Shown here one piece after another: positions 46,676 to 51,320 of a stretch of 51,320 nucleotides of DNA. Both the position numbers and the translations under genes were made by a program. The DNA comes from Candidatus Bipolaricaulota bacterium. GTDB taxonomy: Bacteria; Bipolaricaulota; Bipolaricaulia; UBA7950; UBA9294. Under the pieces are notes generated by a model that saw only the letters and a program-made list of their open reading frames with translations, ran no database searches and had not been told where the DNA came from. The number at the start of each line of letters is the position of its first letter. Within the stretch, counting starts at the first letter, position 1. The stretch lies in the NCBI GenBank assembly GCA_040752575.1, contig JBFMGK010000036.1, forward strand, positions 1 to 51,320. The letters run 5' to 3'.

Positions 46676-47953
46676 ATGTACATCGAAGCCATCGAGGCAC
46701 GGGCGATCTTTGATTCACGCGGCAACCCCACGGTCGAGGCGGACGTCTACCTGGAAGACGGTGGGTTCGGACGGGCCGCGGTGCCGTCCGGGGCATCCAA
46801 GGGAACGCGTGAGGCGCTCGAGTTGCGCGATCAAGACCCGAAAGCCTTTCATGGCCGGGGGGTGGACACGGCGGTCGACAACATCCTCCAGGAGATCGAG
46901 CCCGCCTTGATGGGCCGAGACGCCTTCGACCAGGCGAGCATCGACAGGACGCTCTGTGATCTCGACGGGACGGACAACAAGCGAAGGCTCGGAGCCAACG
47001 CGATCCTCGCCGTGTCTCTCGCCGTCGCCCGTGCGGCGGCGGACAGCATGGAGATGCCTTTCTTCCGCTACATCGGCGGCCTGCGACGGCCGCTTCTCCC
47101 CCTGCCGATGATGAACGTCCTCAACGGCGGCGAGCACGCCGACAACAACGTGGACATTCAGGAGTTCATGCTCCTCCCCGTTGGGATGTCGACGTTCCGC
47201 GATGCCGTCCGCGCCTGCTCGGAGATCTTCCATACGTTGAAGAAGGACCTCGCGTCGCGCGGGCTGTCGACGTCGGTCGGCGACGAGGGAGGATTCGCGC
47301 CGAACTTGGACGACAATCGCGCTGCCCTCTCGTTGCTCGTCGAGGCGATCGAGCGATCGGGCTATAGGGCGGGAGCCGAGGTCGCGATCGCGCTGGACGC
47401 TGCGGCGTCCAGCTTCTACAAGGACGCGACGTATCGATTCACTGTGGATCGCAAGGTCGCGTCTCTGAAGAGCGACGAACTCGTCGCAACGTACGAGACG
47501 TGGGTCAAGGAGTTCCCCATCGTATCGATCGAGGATGGCGTTGCCGAGGGCGACGAGGCGGGCTGGGTACGTCTCACGGAGCGCCTGGGAAAGCGCGTGC
47601 AGATCGTCGGCGACGACGTGTTCGTGACCAACCCGAGGATTCTCGAGGCGGGCATTGCGAAGGGTATGGCCAACTCGATCCTGATCAAGCTCAACCAGAT
47701 CGGGACGGTGTCCGAGACGCTGGCGACGATGGAGATGGCCCACGCAGCCGGGTACACGAGCGTCGTGTCCCACCGATCGGGCGAGACCGAGGACACCTCG
47801 ATCGCCGACCTTGCGGTGGGGACTGCGTGCGGGCAGATCAAGTCCGGCTCGATCTCGCGTAGCGAGCGGGTGGCGAAGTACAACCGGCTCCTGCGGATCG
47901 AAGACGAGCACGAGCTGGATCTCGCCACCTGGCCAGCGCGTTTCGCCGCGTAG
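46676..47953 (+). CDS. eno: Enolase
   Basis: [46 protein letters not shown]. Confidence 0.99.
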   Translation: MYIEAIEARAIFDSRGNPTVEADVYLEDGGFGRAAVPSGASKGTREALELRDQDPKAFHGRGVDTAVDNILQEIEPALMGRDAFDQASIDRTLCDLDGTDNKRRLGANAILAVSLAVARAAADSMEMPFFRYIGGLRRPLLPLPMMNVLNGGEHADNNVDIQEFMLLPVGMSTFRDAVRACSEIFHTLKKDLASRGLSTSVGDEGGFAPNLDDNRAALSLLVEAIERSGYRAGAEVAIALDAAASSFYKDATYRFTVDRKVASLKSDELVATYETWVKEFPIVSIEDGVAEGDEAGWVRLTERLGKRVQIVGDDVFVTNPRILEAGIAKGMANSILIKLNQIGTVSETLATMEMAHAAGYTSVVSHRSGETEDTSIADLAVGTACGQIKSGSISRSERVAKYNRLLRIEDEHELDLATWPARFAA

Positions 47954-47976
47954 GCCGCGGGCCGGCGGAGGCCGGG

Positions 47977-48306
47977 ATGAGGGGATGGGCGGGGGCGATC
48001 CACAGAAAGCTGAACGGCATCGCGGGATCTCCGCGGCGGCGTCTTGTCGTCTGGGGAGTTGCGGCGGCCGTCCTGGCTCTCGGAGGCACGTTCCTGTCGC
48101 GCGAGCTGGCCATCGTCCGGCTTCGCCATGAGCGCACGGCGATTGCGAGGGAACTGCGCGACGCCGAAGGCGAGACGAAGTCGCTTGAAGCTCGTCTGGC
48201 GGCGGCAAGCGATCCCGCCGTGATCGAGACCGAAGCTCGCCGACGGCTTGGCCTCGTCAAGCCCGGCGAGGAGAAGATCTTCTTCCTGGAGCAAGGAGTG
48301 CCGTGA
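47977..48306 (+). CDS. ftsB: Septum formation initiator (FtsB/DivIC)
   Basis: One TM, coiled coil, DP..IETEARRRLGLVKPGE; follows eno. Confidence 0.85.
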   Translation: MRGWAGAIHRKLNGIAGSPRRRLVVWGVAAAVLALGGTFLSRELAIVRLRHERTAIARELRDAEGETKSLEARLAAASDPAVIETEARRRLGLVKPGEEKIFFLEQGVP

Positions 48307-51300
48307 AGTCGCGATTCGTCCATCTGCACGTCCACTCGGAGTACAGCGTCCTCGACTCGGCATGTCGCCTCGAGGATCTCGTGCGCCGTGCCGCGGAGAA
48401 CGGCATGGACGCGCTGGCGCTGACCGACCACGGTGTGGTGAGCGGCCTCGTCAAGTTCTACCGTCTCGCTCAAGAGCACGGACTGCGCCCGATCTTAGGG
48501 TGTGAGGTCTACGTCGCCCCGGGAAGTCGCCACGATCGGACGCCGGGCGCCGGCCAGCGCTACACCCACCTCGTCTTGCTCGCCGAGACCGACGCCGGGT
48601 ACCGCAATCTCCTGGGCCTCGTGTCGGCAGGGCACACCGAGGGCTTCTACTACCGCCCGCGCGTCGACTGGGAGTTGCTGGGAGCGCATGCCGAGGGTCT
48701 CATCGCCCTTTCTGCCTGCGAGTCGGGGGAGATCCCGCGCCTTCTCGCTGCGGGACGCGTCGCCGAGGCCGAGGACGCGGCACGTCGCCTCGAACAGACG
48801 TTTGGGCGAGGCAATGCGTTCATCGAGATCCAGCATCACGGCACCGAGCGCGACGCCGCGCTTCGTGAGAAACTCGTGCGTCTTGCGCAACGGCTCGACA
48901 TGCCCCTGGTCGCGACAAGCGACGTTCACTATCTGGATCCAGAAGACAAGCTCGCGCACGAGATCCTGATCAACATCCGCGCCAACCGAACCCTCGCCGA
49001 CCCCGAGCACCGCACCTTCCCGGGCGACGGCTACCACTTCCGAGCGCCCAAGGAGATGGAGAAGCTGTTTGCCGACGTCCCCGAGGCGCTCGAGAACACC
49101 TGTGCGATCGCCGATCGGTGCCGGGTTACCCTGGACTTCGACCAAGTCCTGATCCCCCCGTACCCGTTGCCCGAGGGCACATCGAGCACGGATAGCTACC
49201 TGCGGGATCTGGCGTTCGCTGGAGCCGTGAAGCGCTACGGAGAGGTGACGCCTGCCGTGCGCGAACGGATGGAGTACGAGCTGGATGTCATCGCAAAGAT
49301 GTCATACAGCACGTACTTCCTGATCGTCTGGGATTTCGTGGCGTTCGCCAAGCGCGAGGGCGTTGCCGTCGGACCGGGGAGGGGCTCGGCCGCCGGCAGC
49401 CTCGTCGCCTACTGCCTCGGCATCACCGGCGTCGATCCTCTTCGCTACAACCTGATCTTCGAGAGGTTCCTCAACCCCGACCGAGTCAGCATGCCGGACT
49501 TCGACATCGACTTCTGCATTCGCGGGAGAGACCGCGTGATCGACTACGTCCGAGCGAAGTACGGCGGAGATCGACCGTGGGAGCGCATCGCGCAGATCGC
49601 CACGTATGACCGCATGGCGGCGCGCAGCGTCGTGCGGGACGTGAGCCGCGTGCTCGGCCTCGCTCACGCGGACGTCGACCGGTTTGCCAAGCTGATCCCC
49701 TTCGGCATGCGGCTTCAGGATGCCGTCGACCGCGTGACGGAGCTGCGCGAGCTGGTGGAAGGCGACCCGAAGATCCGGCGAGTCTTTGAGATCGGTCTGC
49801 GCCTCGAGGACCTCACGCGGAACATCTCGAAACACGCCGCCGGGGTGGTGATCGCCCCCGACGTGCTGTCCCGTCATGCTCCGGTGTTGCGTGCTGCGGA
49901 GAACGAGTTCCTAACGCAGTTTGACATGAATGACATCGAGGCGATCGGTCTTCTGAAGATCGACTTCCTTGGACTGCGGAATCTCACGCTGATCACCGAC
50001 ACGCTGGCTTCGGTACGGGCCGAGACCGGTGAGCAGATCGACCTTGAGGCGCTCCCTCTTGATGACGAGATGACGTTCGAACTCCTGAGATCGGGAGGGA
50101 CGGGCGGCATTTTTCAGCTCGAGGGTTCCGGAATGACGAGCCTCATCCGACGGGTGCAGCCGAACCGGTTCGAAGATCTGATCGCGCTGCTTGCGCTCTA
50201 CCGACCCGGGCCGCTTGAGAGCGGGATGGCTGACGAGTACGTCGAACGCCGCCACGGGCGCAAGGCGGCCGCGTACGCCCATCCAAGCCTCGAGGATGTG
50301 CTCGGAGAGACGTTCGGACTGCCCATCTACCAGGACCAACTCATGCTCATGGCCCAGAAGCTTGCTGGCTTCACGCTCGCGCAAGCCGATACCCTCCGCA
50401 AGGCCATGGGAAAGAAGAACCGGGACATCATGGCCAGTCTGCGCGCGCAGTTCATCGACGGCTGCGCCGCGCGGGGTCTCGCGGTCGCGCTTGCCGAGTC
50501 GACGTTTGATGACATGGAGAAGTTCTCCCGCTATGGGTTCAACAAATCCCACGCCACGGCGTACGCGTTCATCTCCTATTGGACGGCGTATCTGAAAGCC
50601 CACTTCCCCGCGCACTTCATGGCCAGCTTGCTCTCGAGCATCCAAGCAGAGACGGAGAAGATCGCCGAATACGTCGCGTCTTGCCGGGCGATGGGCATCG
50701 AGGTCCTGCCGCCGCGGATCAACGAAAGCCGCCGTGACTTCGCGCGTTGCGACGACCGGGTCATCCGATTCGGGCTGGCCGCCGTGAAGTTCGTCGGATC
50801 GGGTGCCGTGGACGCGATCCTCGAGGCGAGGGCGGCCGGACCTTTCACCTCGGTGTTCGACCTCTGCCGCCGCGTAAGCGACGGGCTGGACCGCGAGTCG
50901 TTGGAGGCTCTGGTCAAGGCCGGGGCACTGGACTCCATGGGAGCGACAAGGCGCGGCCTCCTGCGCCATCTTCCGGAAGCGATGGAAGGCATGCAGCGGG
51001 CGCGGCATGAACGGCTGACGGGGCAGTGCTCGATGTTCGACGCACTCGACGGGGTCTGTGCTGACCCGGTGATCTCCGAGGAGGAGTTCCCGCAGGAGGA
51101 TCTGCTGCGGTTCGAGAAGGAACTCCTCGGCCTCTATGTCAGCGCCGACCCCCTGGACGCGTTTCGCGAGCTTCTGAACGAGTACTGCACGCCGCTGGCC
51201 AGGCTCGCCGAGCTCACCGAGGGGGCAACGGCTACGGCCGGCGGTTACGTCAAGCGGATTCGTCGGGTCATGGATCGCCGCGGCGAACCGATGGCCTTCG

Positions 51301-51320
51301 TGACCCTCGAGGATGGAGAG
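48303..51320 (+). CDS. dnaE: DNA polymerase III alpha subunit, partial (runs off right edge)
   Basis: Not in the ORF track; read manually: GTG-KSRFVHLHVHSEYS, ALTDHG, GPGRGSAAGS, FERFLNPDRVSMPDFDIDF, YGFNKSHA. Confidence 0.97.
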   Translation, partial: MKSRFVHLHVHSEYSVLDSACRLEDLVRRAAENGMDALALTDHGVVSGLVKFYRLAQEHGLRPILGCEVYVAPGSRHDRTPGAGQRYTHLVLLAETDAGYRNLLGLVSAGHTEGFYYRPRVDWELLGAHAEGLIALSACESGEIPRLLAAGRVAEAEDAARRLEQTFGRGNAFIEIQHHGTERDAALREKLVRLAQRLDMPLVATSDVHYLDPEDKLAHEILINIRANRTLADPEHRTFPGDGYHFRAPKEMEKLFADVPEALENTCAIADRCRVTLDFDQVLIPPYPLPEGTSSTDSYLRDLAFAGAVKRYGEVTPAVRERMEYELDVIAKMSYSTYFLIVWDFVAFAKREGVAVGPGRGSAAGSLVAYCLGITGVDPLRYNLIFERFLNPDRVSMPDFDIDFCIRGRDRVIDYVRAKYGGDRPWERIAQIATYDRMAARSVVRDVSRVLGLAHADVDRFAKLIPFGMRLQDAVDRVTELRELVEGDPKIRRVFEIGLRLEDLTRNISKHAAGVVIAPDVLSRHAPVLRAAENEFLTQFDMNDIEAIGLLKIDFLGLRNLTLITDTLASVRAETGEQIDLEALPLDDEMTFELLRSGGTGGIFQLEGSGMTSLIRRVQPNRFEDLIALLALYRPGPLESGMADEYVERRHGRKAAAYAHPSLEDVLGETFGLPIYQDQLMLMAQKLAGFTLAQADTLRKAMGKKNRDIMASLRAQFIDGCAARGLAVALAESTFDDMEKFSRYGFNKSHATAYAFISYWTAYLKAHFPAHFMASLLSSIQAETEKIAEYVASCRAMGIEVLPPRINESRRDFARCDDRVIRFGLAAVKFVGSGAVDAILEARAAGPFTSVFDLCRRVSDGLDRESLEALVKAGALDSMGATRRGLLRHLPEAMEGMQRARHERLTGQCSMFDALDGVCADPVISEEEFPQEDLLRFEKELLGLYVSADPLDAFRELLNEYCTPLARLAELTEGATATAGGYVKRIRRVMDRRGEPMAFVTLEDGE

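Noticed and set aside
48303..51320. Intein in dnaE
   Set aside because: The usual insertion site reads FSRYGFNKSH uninterrupted.

Overview
GC-rich (roughly two-thirds G+C by eye) bacterial chromosome segment with about 50 tightly packed genes. The protein style and gene content suggest an anaerobic heterotroph, possibly Bipolaricaulota/Acetothermia, but that assignment is inference only. Housekeeping genes: mutL, lepB, lspA, tmk, dnaN, alaS, eno, ftsB and a partial dnaE. Other content: a TPP-riboswitch-controlled thiN-thiXYZ-methyltransferase operon, an XRE-cupin regulator with a fused proline/sarcosine-dehydrogenase-like pair, a cluster of secreted hydrolases, an orphan cysteate synthase, an orphan AbiEi-type regulator with a clear palindromic operator over its own promoter, and a polar amino acid ABC transporter. 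I found no rRNA, tRNA, CRISPR array or IS. The best candidate for an undescribed system is at 2.1-5.5 kb. It has a catalytic-domain-only (205 aa) tyrosine recombinase preceded by a single dif-like palindrome (11+6+11 bp), an HD hydrolase, and a RacA/MerR-like HTH-coiled-coil protein. Two AT-rich intragenic patches in this region share a GAAAC(A/C)GTAC motif. At least five genes appear to be leaderless. Several start codons were moved from the ORF track using RBS and promoter context.
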